Source: Bacteroidales bacterium (GTDB taxonomy: Bacteria; Bacteroidota; Bacteroidia; Bacteroidales; WCHB1-69). From it: a DNA stretch of 64,000 nucleotides. Shown here in pieces: positions 1 through 8,258 of this stretch; the first letter of the stretch is position 1, and each line of letters opens with the position of its first letter. Below the pieces are notes generated by a model. It was not told where the DNA came from. It saw nothing but the letters and a program-made list of their open reading frames with translations, and searched no databases. The position numbers were made by a program, and so were the translations under genes. The stretch spans positions 12,451-76,450 of the forward strand of contig JAGBPS010000024.1 of the NCBI GenBank assembly GCA_017633255.1, written 5' to 3'.

Positions 1-1
1 C

Positions 2-175
2 GGAGAGCTCATCGGTCTGGCCTTCGACGGCAACTGGGAAGCTCTGAGCAGCGACATCGTGTTCAACACCGAACTGCAGCGTTGTATCAATGTTGACTCC
101 CGTTACGTTTTGTTCGTAATCGACAAGTTCGGCGGCGCAGGCTACCTGCTCAATGAAATGGACATCAGAAAATAA
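2..175 (+). CDS. S46 family dipeptidyl-peptidase (DPP7-like), C-terminal fragment; 5' end outside window
   Basis: Frame 2 reads [61 protein letters not shown]. This is colinear with the C-terminus of the full S46 gene at 59962..62106. Confidence 0.85.
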   Translation, partial: GELIGLAFDGNWEALSSDIVFNTELQRCINVDSRYVLFVIDKFGGAGYLLNEMDIRK

Positions 176-181
176 TCCATC

Positions 182-1426
182 TTGAAAAGAATATCATTCC
201 TTATCGGATTACTGTTATTATCGGTGCTGGTCACGGCCAACACCGATAATAACATTTATAAACTGCCCCAAAAATCAGTTAAAACCATTGATTCACTGGT
301 TAATAGGGGCATTCGTACCGAAGTGTTCCCCGGTTGCCATGTGGTAGTACTCCATAAAGGCGAAGTCGTCTTCGACAAATGCTATGGCTACCAAACCTAC
401 CGGAAGCAACTGCCCGTTACCGATAGCACCCTCTACGACATGGCCTCCGTCACCAAAGCCGCTGCCACCACCTTGGCGGTCATGAAATTGTACGACGAAG
501 GCAAAATCAAACTTTACGATACTATCGGATCTTATCTACCTTACCTACGAGGCACCGACAAAAGCAAACTTTTCATTATAGAGCTGCTGACCCACACTTC
601 GGGGATGCCGGCTTTTATTCCTTTTTACAAAAAGATTTGCAACAACTGCCGCTACATCGTCCCCTGCCCTTCCGACCAGTTTTCCATTCAGATTGCTGAC
701 AGCTGCTACCTGCGCACCGACTATCAGGACAGCGTCCGCTACAAAATCGCCCATTGCAAATTAGGAGCCAAAAAGTACGTTTACAGCGATTTGAATTTCT
801 TTTTCCTGAAAGAAATGGTAGAGCAGATCACCGGCATACCCATGGACGAGTACTTGCAGGAAAACTTCTATCAGCCTATGGGATTGAGATATACCTGCTT
901 CAATCCCCTGCGGCATGGTTTCAGCAAAAGCGACATCGCCCCCACCGAATTGGACACGTTGTTCCGCCATCAAGTGGTGGAAGGCTATGTCCACGACCAA
1001 ACTGCCGCCCTTTTTGACGGGGATGCAGGCAATGCGGGACTTTTCTCCACTGCCCGCGAAATCGCCACCATCTTCCAGATGCTGATGGACGGTGGTATCT
1101 ATCAAGGACAGAGATTCTTATCAGAAAAGACTGTAAAATTCTTCACCAAAACCTTTTCTATCCACGGCTGCAACCGCAGAGCCTTGGGTTTTGACACTCC
1201 CTGCTTTGAGAAAAACAACGGCGTGCTCCCTTCCATGGCCTCCAACAAAACTTACGGACATCAAGGGTTTACCGGCAATGTGGTGTGGTGCGACCCCGAC
1301 CGGGAGTTAGTCTATGTTTTCATTTCCAACCGAGTTTACCCTTACAGCGAACCTAACAAATTAGTTAAAAGCAAGATACGTCTCACCGTACACGAAGCGG
1401 TGTACCGTGGTCTGTCTATTTATTAA
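182..1426 (+). CDS. Serine hydrolase, beta-lactamase / penicillin-binding-protein family, secreted
   Basis: 414-aa ORF with an N-terminal signal peptide and the SxxK nucleophile motif (ASVTKAAA). It has a TTG start 7 nt after the upstream stop; the exact start is uncertain. Confidence 0.8.
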   Translation: MKRISFLIGLLLLSVLVTANTDNNIYKLPQKSVKTIDSLVNRGIRTEVFPGCHVVVLHKGEVVFDKCYGYQTYRKQLPVTDSTLYDMASVTKAAATTLAVMKLYDEGKIKLYDTIGSYLPYLRGTDKSKLFIIELLTHTSGMPAFIPFYKKICNNCRYIVPCPSDQFSIQIADSCYLRTDYQDSVRYKIAHCKLGAKKYVYSDLNFFFLKEMVEQITGIPMDEYLQENFYQPMGLRYTCFNPLRHGFSKSDIAPTELDTLFRHQVVEGYVHDQTAALFDGDAGNAGLFSTAREIATIFQMLMDGGIYQGQRFLSEKTVKFFTKTFSIHGCNRRALGFDTPCFEKNNGVLPSMASNKTYGHQGFTGNVVWCDPDRELVYVFISNRVYPYSEPNKLVKSKIRLTVHEAVYRGLSIY

Positions 1427-1439
1427 TCACTGATTTTAC

Positions 1440-3710
1440 ATGAAGCCACAGCAGAAAAAGAAAACCACCATAGCGGCACCGGTTCCAACGCCCCTCGTCA
1501 AAACAAAGCAATACAGAGGCTTGGGCTTAATCATCTTCATCGTGGCCGCTGCCCTTTATGCCAACACCTTCCATCATGACTGGGTATTGGACGATTACGG
1601 CAGTTTCAAGCTCAATATATACGTAACGGCTGGAACCAACGGCTATCATGACATCCTGACCAAAACTTACCGTCACGGTTCAGGTTTTTACACTGATAAC
1701 CTTTACCGTCCGTTGTCCCAGCTGATGTTCGCCACCGAGTGGCAACTCTCACCCGACAATCCTGGCTTGTACCACGCCATCAGCGTGTTTTACTATGCTT
1801 TGGCATGCACACTGCTGTTTTTCTTTTTACGCCGATTACTGAAAAAATATAATCTCTGGATTCCATTTTTCATTGCCCTACTGTTCGCAGCTCATCCTAT
1901 TCATACAGAAGTAGTTGCCAACATCAAGAGCCGCGACGAAATCATGAGTTTCCTCTTTGTGACGCTCACTCTTTATCTCTCGCTATTGTATGTGGACAAA
2001 CAGAAATTCTACCTTTTGCCTCTGGTTTTCATCAGCTTCCTTCTGGCCATGTTCTCCAAAGAAAGCGCTATCACCACACTGGCTTTGCTACCGGTAACCC
2101 TGTATTTTTTCAGGGAAGCCAAGGCCAAAGACTATATTCTCACCTTCCTGATGATTGCCATTCCCGCTGCCATCTATCTGACAGCCCGACACAATGTTCT
2201 GGCCAATTATCCCGATTCCGAGAATTTCTCTGTTTCAGTAGTTGACAACTATTTTTATGACAGCGATTTATGGGAAAGATGGGCCACTGCCATCATGCTT
2301 CTGGGACAATACCTCATCAAACTGTTTTTCCCCTACAGTCTGGCCTGTGACTACTCCATGAAACAGTTCCCGCTCACCTCCTTTACTGATGTCTCCACCT
2401 GGATTTCTCTCTTAATTCATTTAGGATTAGTTATTTATGCCATATTTGGTATCAAGAAAAAGAACCCTATTGCTTACGCCATCTTCTTCTATATCATCAC
2501 GATGAGCATCTTCAGCAATCTGGTTTACCGCATAGGTTCCTCCTTCGCTGAGCGTTTCCTCTTTATACCCGCTTTAGGTTTTTGCACCGCCTTGATTTTC
2601 ACTATTTTCAAACTTTGTAAAATCGATGGCAAAGACGCCTCCCTCAAAACGCCACGGTTCGGAATCATCGCCGGAGCATTGGCAGTGGTATTCCTGCTCT
2701 ATTCAGGAAGAACCATAACCCGCGCCGCCGACTGGAAAGACCAGTTCACCCTTTTCGGCAAGGATGTCAAGAAGTCGGACAAGAGTGCGCACATGCGTTT
2801 GTACTGGGGACTGGCTCTACGCGACAAAGGTGATGAATTTGAACAGGCCAACGTCAAGGAACAGAACTGGGTGAAAAGGCTGGAAAATGACCAACAGTTT
2901 TTTGACTGGACCTGGAAAGCCATCAAGCAGTTCAAAAAAGGAATTGAAATCTACCCCCAATACGCTGACTGCTACGAACAATTGGGCTTGCTATACGACA
3001 AAATCGGTGTCAAAATCAACGACATGACGTACAGAGACACAGCCGAATATTTCTATCTGCAATGTCTCAAGAATATTCCCAGCAAAGCGACCGCCAACAG
3101 CAATTTGGCCAAGATATACTTTGAAAGAGGAGAGATTCAGAAAGCCAAACAGTTCTATCTGGCCGCTGTTTATTTCGACCCGCTTCTGTCGGACGGCTAC
3201 TTCAACTTAGGCAGCACTTACGGGACCTTGGCCATGTATGATTCTTCTTTCTACTACTATAATCAGTGTCTGAAGTTGGATCCCAAGCGCACCGACGCCT
3301 ATATTTACATGGGGCTGAACTATTACAATACCGGGCGGCCCGATTCGGCAATTATCTATTATGACAAAGCCATCCAGATGGATCCCTACGTGCCCGCCAG
3401 CTACATTTTGAAAACCAAGTTGCTGCTGCTCAGCGATCGCTGGGATGAAGGCGAAACGGTCATCCAGCAGGCCCAATCTGTTTTCCCCTACAATGGCGAG
3501 TTGTATTACTACAAAGGCTTGGTGGAGAAGCACCGCCAGAACTATCCGGCGGCACTGGACTGCATGAACAACTGCATTAGATACCAGCAAAACTTCTTGG
3601 AAGCCTATCGCGAGAAAGGTGACCTCTTCCAACGTTTAGGCCAACGCGACTCCGCTTTGTACTACTACAATTTCGTCAGTCAAATTGATGCGATGGTTTC
3701 AAGGCGATGA
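1440..3710 (+). CDS. Polytopic membrane protein (GT39/PMT_2-like, TMTC-like) fused to C-terminal TPR repeats
   Basis: 756-aa ORF. The N-terminal ~480 aa contain many hydrophobic helices. The C-terminal ~270 aa carry repeated TPR-like A/Y/G patterns (YYNTGRPDSAIIYYDKAIQMDP and similar). Confidence 0.6.
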   Translation: MKPQQKKKTTIAAPVPTPLVKTKQYRGLGLIIFIVAAALYANTFHHDWVLDDYGSFKLNIYVTAGTNGYHDILTKTYRHGSGFYTDNLYRPLSQLMFATEWQLSPDNPGLYHAISVFYYALACTLLFFFLRRLLKKYNLWIPFFIALLFAAHPIHTEVVANIKSRDEIMSFLFVTLTLYLSLLYVDKQKFYLLPLVFISFLLAMFSKESAITTLALLPVTLYFFREAKAKDYILTFLMIAIPAAIYLTARHNVLANYPDSENFSVSVVDNYFYDSDLWERWATAIMLLGQYLIKLFFPYSLACDYSMKQFPLTSFTDVSTWISLLIHLGLVIYAIFGIKKKNPIAYAIFFYIITMSIFSNLVYRIGSSFAERFLFIPALGFCTALIFTIFKLCKIDGKDASLKTPRFGIIAGALAVVFLLYSGRTITRAADWKDQFTLFGKDVKKSDKSAHMRLYWGLALRDKGDEFEQANVKEQNWVKRLENDQQFFDWTWKAIKQFKKGIEIYPQYADCYEQLGLLYDKIGVKINDMTYRDTAEYFYLQCLKNIPSKATANSNLAKIYFERGEIQKAKQFYLAAVYFDPLLSDGYFNLGSTYGTLAMYDSSFYYYNQCLKLDPKRTDAYIYMGLNYYNTGRPDSAIIYYDKAIQMDPYVPASYILKTKLLLLSDRWDEGETVIQQAQSVFPYNGELYYYKGLVEKHRQNYPAALDCMNNCIRYQQNFLEAYREKGDLFQRLGQRDSALYYYNFVSQIDAMVSRR

Positions 3711-3795
3711 GGTATGGGTTATGAGCTATGGGCTATGGGCTTTGAGCTCACAACTCACGGCTCACAGCTCATCGCTCACAACTCATTGCTCACAT
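3711..3795. repeat. Heptamer-periodic inverted-repeat hairpin (GCTATGR x5 facing CTCAYNN x7); probable terminator
   Basis: Read directly: GGTATGG GTTATGA GCTATGG GCTATGG GCTTTGA | GCTCACA ACTCACG GCTCACA GCTCATC GCTCACA ACTCATT GCTCACA. The arms pair with several G-U and mismatch positions. The element sits immediately 3' of the 1440..3710 stop. Confidence 0.7.
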
Positions 3796-3807
3796 CAAAA
3801 TATTTCG

Positions 3808-3815
3808 TATTTTTG
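3808..3815 (+). promoter_or_regulatory. Bacteroides-type -7 promoter box TATTTTTG
   Basis: Matches TAnnTTTG, 48 nt upstream of the ATG at 3863. Confidence 0.5.
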
Positions 3816-3862
3816 CACCCCTGAATTTCAAACTATAAAAACATTCAAAAAAACTTATAATT

Positions 3863-5062
3863 ATGCCCAAAATTTCCCAAAAAGGCGCAAGCATGCAGTC
3901 TTCTCCTATCAGGAAGCTGGTGCCGTTTTCTGATGCCGCCAAAAGTCGTGGTATCCATGTTTACCACCTCAACATCGGTCAACCCGACATCGAGACCCCG
4001 AAAGGTGCCCGTGATGCCGTGCGCAACGCCGACATTCCCGTAATCGCTTACAGCCACTCTGCCGGTAACCTCAGCTACCGCAAGAAACTAGTGGAATACC
4101 ATCACAGCGTGGGTATCGAAATCACCACCGACGAAATCATCGTCACCACCGGTGGTAGCGAAGGCCTTCTTTTCGCCTTCAACAGCTGCATGGATCCGGG
4201 CGACGAAATCATCATCCCCGAACCTTTCTATGCCAACTACAACGCTTTCGCCACCATGTGCGGCGTAATCGTAAAACCCATCATCTCCACGATTGAAAAC
4301 GGTTTCGCACTGCCTTCCATCGAGGATTTCGAAAAGGTGATCACCCCGAAGACGAAAGCCATCATGATCTGTAACCCCAACAACCCGACGGGTTACCTCT
4401 ACTCCAAAGAGGAAATCCTGAAGCTGGGTGAGATCGCCAAGAAACACGACCTCTTCCTCTTCGCTGACGAGGTTTACCGTGAATTCTGCTACGATGGCGT
4501 GAAACATTTCTCCGTGATGGAGCTGACCGACATCGCCGACAATGTAGTTCTTTTGGACTCTGTGTCAAAGCGTTACAGCGCTTGCGGTGTACGTGTGGGT
4601 GCCTTTATCACACACAACAAAGAAGTTTACGCTACCGCTATGAAGATGGCTCAGGCCCGTTTGAGTCCGCCATCCTACGGTCAGATCCTTGGTGAAGCCG
4701 CTGTGGATACCCCGAAGGAATATTTTGAACAAGTCAACAAAGAGTATGTAGCTCGCCGTAATACCATCGTGAACGGTGTGAATGCCATCCCTGGCTGCTT
4801 CGTACCGATGCCCAAAGGCGCCTTCTACTGCGTGGCCCGTCTGCCCATCGACGACTCCGACCGCTTCTGCCGCTGGCTGCTCGAAGAATTCAACTATAAC
4901 GGCGCAACAGTGATGTTCGCCCCCGCCACAGGATTCTATTCCCAAAAAGGCCAAGGAGTTAACGAAGTACGTATCAGCTACTGCCTCAACGTTTCCGACC
5001 TAGAGAAAGCCGTTGAATGCCTCCGCGAAGCCCTGAAGGTTTATCCTGGACGCACTAACTAA
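3863..5062 (+). CDS. Pyridoxal-phosphate-dependent aminotransferase, class I/II (aspartate aminotransferase-like)
   Basis: 399-aa ORF with the PLP-lysine motif SVSKRYSACGVRVG and the NPNNPTG motif typical of fold-type I aminotransferases. Confidence 0.9.
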   Translation: MPKISQKGASMQSSPIRKLVPFSDAAKSRGIHVYHLNIGQPDIETPKGARDAVRNADIPVIAYSHSAGNLSYRKKLVEYHHSVGIEITTDEIIVTTGGSEGLLFAFNSCMDPGDEIIIPEPFYANYNAFATMCGVIVKPIISTIENGFALPSIEDFEKVITPKTKAIMICNPNNPTGYLYSKEEILKLGEIAKKHDLFLFADEVYREFCYDGVKHFSVMELTDIADNVVLLDSVSKRYSACGVRVGAFITHNKEVYATAMKMAQARLSPPSYGQILGEAAVDTPKEYFEQVNKEYVARRNTIVNGVNAIPGCFVPMPKGAFYCVARLPIDDSDRFCRWLLEEFNYNGATVMFAPATGFYSQKGQGVNEVRISYCLNVSDLEKAVECLREALKVYPGRTN

Positions 5063-5065
5063 TTC

Positions 5066-5148
5066 AAACTAAGAATTAAGAATTAAAAACTAAAAGTTAA
5101 GAATAAAGAATAATTGAATTCTTACTTCTTAACTTTTAGTTTTTAGTT
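5066..5148. terminator. Bidirectional hairpin built from TTAAGAA-type heptamers between convergent genes
   Basis: 5085..5103 AAAAACTAAAAGTTAAGAA is the exact reverse complement of 5126..5144 TTCTTAACTTTTAGTTTTT (19 bp). The interior is also self-complementary around GAATTC. It lies between the stops at 5062 (+) and 5149 (-). Confidence 0.75.
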
Positions 5149-5571
5149 TTATTCATTCTTTTTGCTGGCATACAATACAAATTCCTTCGCCAGACGTTTG
5201 TCCATCAATTTCAGTATCATATAATATAAGGCGGTCAATCCTATACCTACCAAGACACTCAGCCACTCAATATGGGTCAGCGCATAACAAACGAACAAAC
5301 CGGCAACCAAGATGACAAATGGCAGAAGATAACCCAAAACCACTGCTTTGTTGGCCAGTTTCTGCATCATCTGGATCTGCACAGTTTCACCAATGGAGAA
5401 CTCCTCTCCCGTCATATTCACCGCCTCGACCAATTCATTCTTCTGTTCCGAAATATTGCATAAACTCTTGGCCGCGCATCCTCCGCATGCTGAGCTGACT
5501 ACAATCTCCACCCATACCTTACTGCCTTCAAGTTTACGGACAATCCCTTCTTTACATACTTCCTTTTCCAT
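5149..5571 (-). CDS. RseC/MucC family protein (SoxR-reducing system component-like)
   Basis: 140-aa ORF. It has an N-terminal soluble part with a Cys cluster (ACGGCAAKSLC) followed by two hydrophobic helices, which is the RseC_MucC architecture. Confidence 0.7.
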   Translation of the reverse strand: MEKEVCKEGIVRKLEGSKVWVEIVVSSACGGCAAKSLCNISEQKNELVEAVNMTGEEFSIGETVQIQMMQKLANKAVVLGYLLPFVILVAGLFVCYALTHIEWLSVLVGIGLTALYYMILKLMDKRLAKEFVLYASKKNE

Positions 5572-5609
5572 ATATCAATACTATCACCTATAAATCTATT
5601 TATCAGCTA

Positions 5610-5617
5610 CAAAAATA
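5610..5617 (-). promoter_or_regulatory. -7 promoter box TATTTTTG (minus strand) for the RseC-like gene
   Basis: Plus-strand CAAAAATA, 39 nt upstream of the start at 5571. Confidence 0.5.
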
Positions 5618-5727
5618 AAAAATATTTCTGGAATAATAGCATCAAAAAAATAATTCATTGATTAACAATATTTTACACACCCTGTTGTTTTTTTGTTTTT
5701 TAAACACTGTATCTCATTTTTTTTTCA

Positions 5728-5735
5728 TATTTTTG
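5728..5735 (+). promoter_or_regulatory. -7 promoter box TATTTTTG
   Basis: TAnnTTTG match 39 nt upstream of the ATG at 5774. Confidence 0.5.
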
Positions 5736-5773
5736 CCGTGTCAATTTTTTATTAACCATTAAAATCAAAAAAA

Positions 5774-5965
5774 ATGAAAAAAGTATTGTGTATTTTAGCA
5801 GCAGTTGCTATGGTAGCAGTTTTTTCAACTTCATGCAACAAGAAATGTACTTGCAAAGTTAATGGTGTTACCGCTACCTATGATTTGAAAAAAATCAAAG
5901 ATATGACTGGCATTGAAATCAAAAACTGCGCAGAATTATCATCTCCAGGTTGGGAATGCAAATAA
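5774..5965 (+). CDS. Small cysteine-rich lipoprotein (63 aa), paralogue of 20559..20837
   Basis: Signal peptide plus lipobox (FSTSC) followed by KKCTC, and the protein ends in WECK. It has its own -7 box and a strong terminator. Confidence 0.7.
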   Translation: MKKVLCILAAVAMVAVFSTSCNKKCTCKVNGVTATYDLKKIKDMTGIEIKNCAELSSPGWECK

Positions 5966-5989
5966 TTTGCCGCTAAAATTTCAAAAAAA

Positions 5990-6019
5990 GGCGATACAAC
6001 TTGTATCGCCTTTTTTTTT
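5990..6019 (+). terminator. Rho-independent terminator
   Basis: GGCGATACA-ACT-TGTATCGCC (9-bp stem, 5990..6010) followed by a T9 run. Confidence 0.85.
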
Positions 6020-6026
6020 ATCTTTG
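6019..6026 (+). promoter_or_regulatory. -7 promoter box TATCTTTG
   Basis: TAnnTTTG match 46 nt upstream of the ATG at 6072. Confidence 0.5.
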
Positions 6027-6071
6027 CACAATGATTTATTATATTTAATCCCAAAGAAATTCAAGGCTGTC

Positions 6072-8249
6072 ATGAAAAAATTTATTGCTTTCTTTCTACT
6101 ACTTTTCCCATTGATTATCAATGCCCAAAAACCAATCACCGTTGAGGACATCTGGTCCAAATACCTGTTTTATCCGAAAGGGGTTCCAGGCTATACACCC
6201 GTACCTAACGGCAACGAATACAGCGTAATGAGTGTTGCCGGCATTGTAAAACACAGTTTCGAGACGGGCGAGATGACCGAAGTGGCATTACCGACACTAA
6301 AAATCGAAGAGATGTCGAACAAGAAAATAGCACTGAATGATTTAAGCGACTATTGTTTCGACCAGTCCGAGCAGAAAATCCTTCTGGCTGTGAAAGAGGA
6401 AAGCATCTACCGCCGTTCCTCCAAAGCATTTTACTATGTGTACGACAAAAGAAGAGGAAGAATTGTCCCGTTGAGCGATGAGAAAAAGGGCAAACAAAGC
6501 TTCGCCACCTTCTCGAACGACGGCAGCAAAGTAGCCTTTGTGCGCGACAACAACCTTTTCATGGTGAACCTCAACAGCATGGAAGAGACGCAAATCACCT
6601 TCGACGGCGAGCGCAACAAGGTGCTGAACGGCATGGCCGACTGGGTATATGAAGAGGAACTCAGTCAGGCACAGTACTTTAGTTGGTCTCCCGACGGCAG
6701 CAAAATCGCGTTCCTGCGCTTTGACGAAAGCCAAGTGAAAGAATTCTCCATGACCATGTGGGGCGAACTTTACCCCGAAGAGTACCGTTACAAATATCCG
6801 AAAGCTGGTGAGGACAACTCCGTAGTGAAAGTGATGATTTACGACCTCACCACCGAAAAAACCACCCAACTCAATTTCGGAGAGAATTTCGATGGTTATT
6901 ACCCCCGCATATACTGGCTGCCCAACTCCACCGACTTGATCACACTGAAGCTGAACCGCCACCAGAATCACCTTGATTTTATTCGTTATAATACCCTGAC
7001 CAAGCAATATGATGTGGTGTTTACCGACGAGAACAAATGCTGGCTGGAAATCACTGATGATTACCATTTCTTAGAAGACAACAAGACCATGCTGGTCACC
7101 TCTGAACGGGATGGCTACAACCATATTTACAAAGTTGAATTCAGCGGAAAAATAACACAACTCACTCAAGGACAATGGGATGTAGCCTCCATCGCCGCTA
7201 TTGATCCCAAAGCCAAACTCGTGTATTATTTGTCCAACGAATCCAACACTCTCAACCGCGACCTCTATGTCATCAATTTCGACGGCAAGAAAAAGAAACT
7301 GCTCACCTCGGGCACAGGCTGGAACGATGTTTCTTTCAGCTCAAACGCCCACTATTACCGTTGCACCTATTCCGACATTCAGACACCTCCTGTCTACACC
7401 ATCCACAAGGCTGATGGCAAGCAACTGCGTGTGTTAGAGGATAATGCAGCATTGAAAAAACGCATGCAAGTTTACGGTTTTGCCCAAAAAGAACTGTTCA
7501 GCTTCACCAGCAACCAAGGTGTTGAACTGAATGGCTGGATGCTCAAACCCAATAATTTCAATGAATTCAAAAAATATCCGGTGCTGATGTATGTGTATGG
7601 TGGTCCATGCTCGCAGGAAGTCGACAACTCCTACTCTCGTGCCATGGATTTCGCTTGGTATCAATTACTTGCACAACATGGCTACATTGTCGTTTGCGTG
7701 GACGGCCGCGGCACCAACGCCCGTGGTGATGAGTTCCGCAAATGCATTTATAAAAACATGGGCCATTATGAGTCCATCGACCAGATTTCCACTGCCAATT
7801 ACTTAAAAACCCTTCCCTACGTAAACGGTAACCGTATCGGCATCTGGGGTTGGAGTTTCGGCGGCTATCTGTCAGCTCTGTCTGCATTCAAGAGCGGTAC
7901 TACTTTCAAGATGGCCATTTCCGTGGCTCCCGTCACCAACTGGCGCTATTATGACAACATCTATACCGAGCGTTTCCTCCAAACCCCGCAGGAAAATCCC
8001 GACGGCTACGACCAAAACTCCCCCATTACCTTCGCCAAAGATCTGGAAACCAAATATTTGTTGATTCATGGCACCGCCGACGACAATGTGCATTTCCAGA
8101 ACGCCATGGACTTGGTAACCGCCCTCAACAAGGCTGGCAAACAATACGACCAGTTCTTTTATCCCAACAAAAACCACTTCATTATGGGAGGCAATACCAG
8201 AGCTCATTTATACACTAAACTGACCAACTACATTCTTGAAAACTTATAA
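6072..8249 (+). CDS. Dipeptidyl-peptidase IV (S9B family), secreted
   Basis: Start moved to Met54 of the tracked ORF (MKKFIAFFLLLFPLIINAQ signal peptide). The tracked 5913 start would run through the upstream gene, terminator and promoter. Motifs: nucleophile elbow GWSFGG, HGTADDNVHF, NKNHF. Confidence 0.9.
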   Translation: MKKFIAFFLLLFPLIINAQKPITVEDIWSKYLFYPKGVPGYTPVPNGNEYSVMSVAGIVKHSFETGEMTEVALPTLKIEEMSNKKIALNDLSDYCFDQSEQKILLAVKEESIYRRSSKAFYYVYDKRRGRIVPLSDEKKGKQSFATFSNDGSKVAFVRDNNLFMVNLNSMEETQITFDGERNKVLNGMADWVYEEELSQAQYFSWSPDGSKIAFLRFDESQVKEFSMTMWGELYPEEYRYKYPKAGEDNSVVKVMIYDLTTEKTTQLNFGENFDGYYPRIYWLPNSTDLITLKLNRHQNHLDFIRYNTLTKQYDVVFTDENKCWLEITDDYHFLEDNKTMLVTSERDGYNHIYKVEFSGKITQLTQGQWDVASIAAIDPKAKLVYYLSNESNTLNRDLYVINFDGKKKKLLTSGTGWNDVSFSSNAHYYRCTYSDIQTPPVYTIHKADGKQLRVLEDNAALKKRMQVYGFAQKELFSFTSNQGVELNGWMLKPNNFNEFKKYPVLMYVYGGPCSQEVDNSYSRAMDFAWYQLLAQHGYIVVCVDGRGTNARGDEFRKCIYKNMGHYESIDQISTANYLKTLPYVNGNRIGIWGWSFGGYLSALSAFKSGTTFKMAISVAPVTNWRYYDNIYTERFLQTPQENPDGYDQNSPITFAKDLETKYLLIHGTADDNVHFQNAMDLVTALNKAGKQYDQFFYPNKNHFIMGGNTRAHLYTKLTNYILENL

Positions 8250-8258
8250 AGCACAGCG

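Noticed and set aside
3685-3933. 82-aa ORF (MGYELWAMGFELTTHGSQLIAHNS...)
   Set aside because: It is a translation of the heptamer-repeat hairpin and the following promoter. Its periodic peptide reflects the DNA repeat, not a gene.
5913-6071. N-terminal 53-codon extension of the DPP4 ORF in the track
   Set aside because: It would overlap the small lipoprotein gene and run through a strong terminator (5990..6019) and a -7 box (6019..6026). A canonical signal peptide starts at Met54 (6072).
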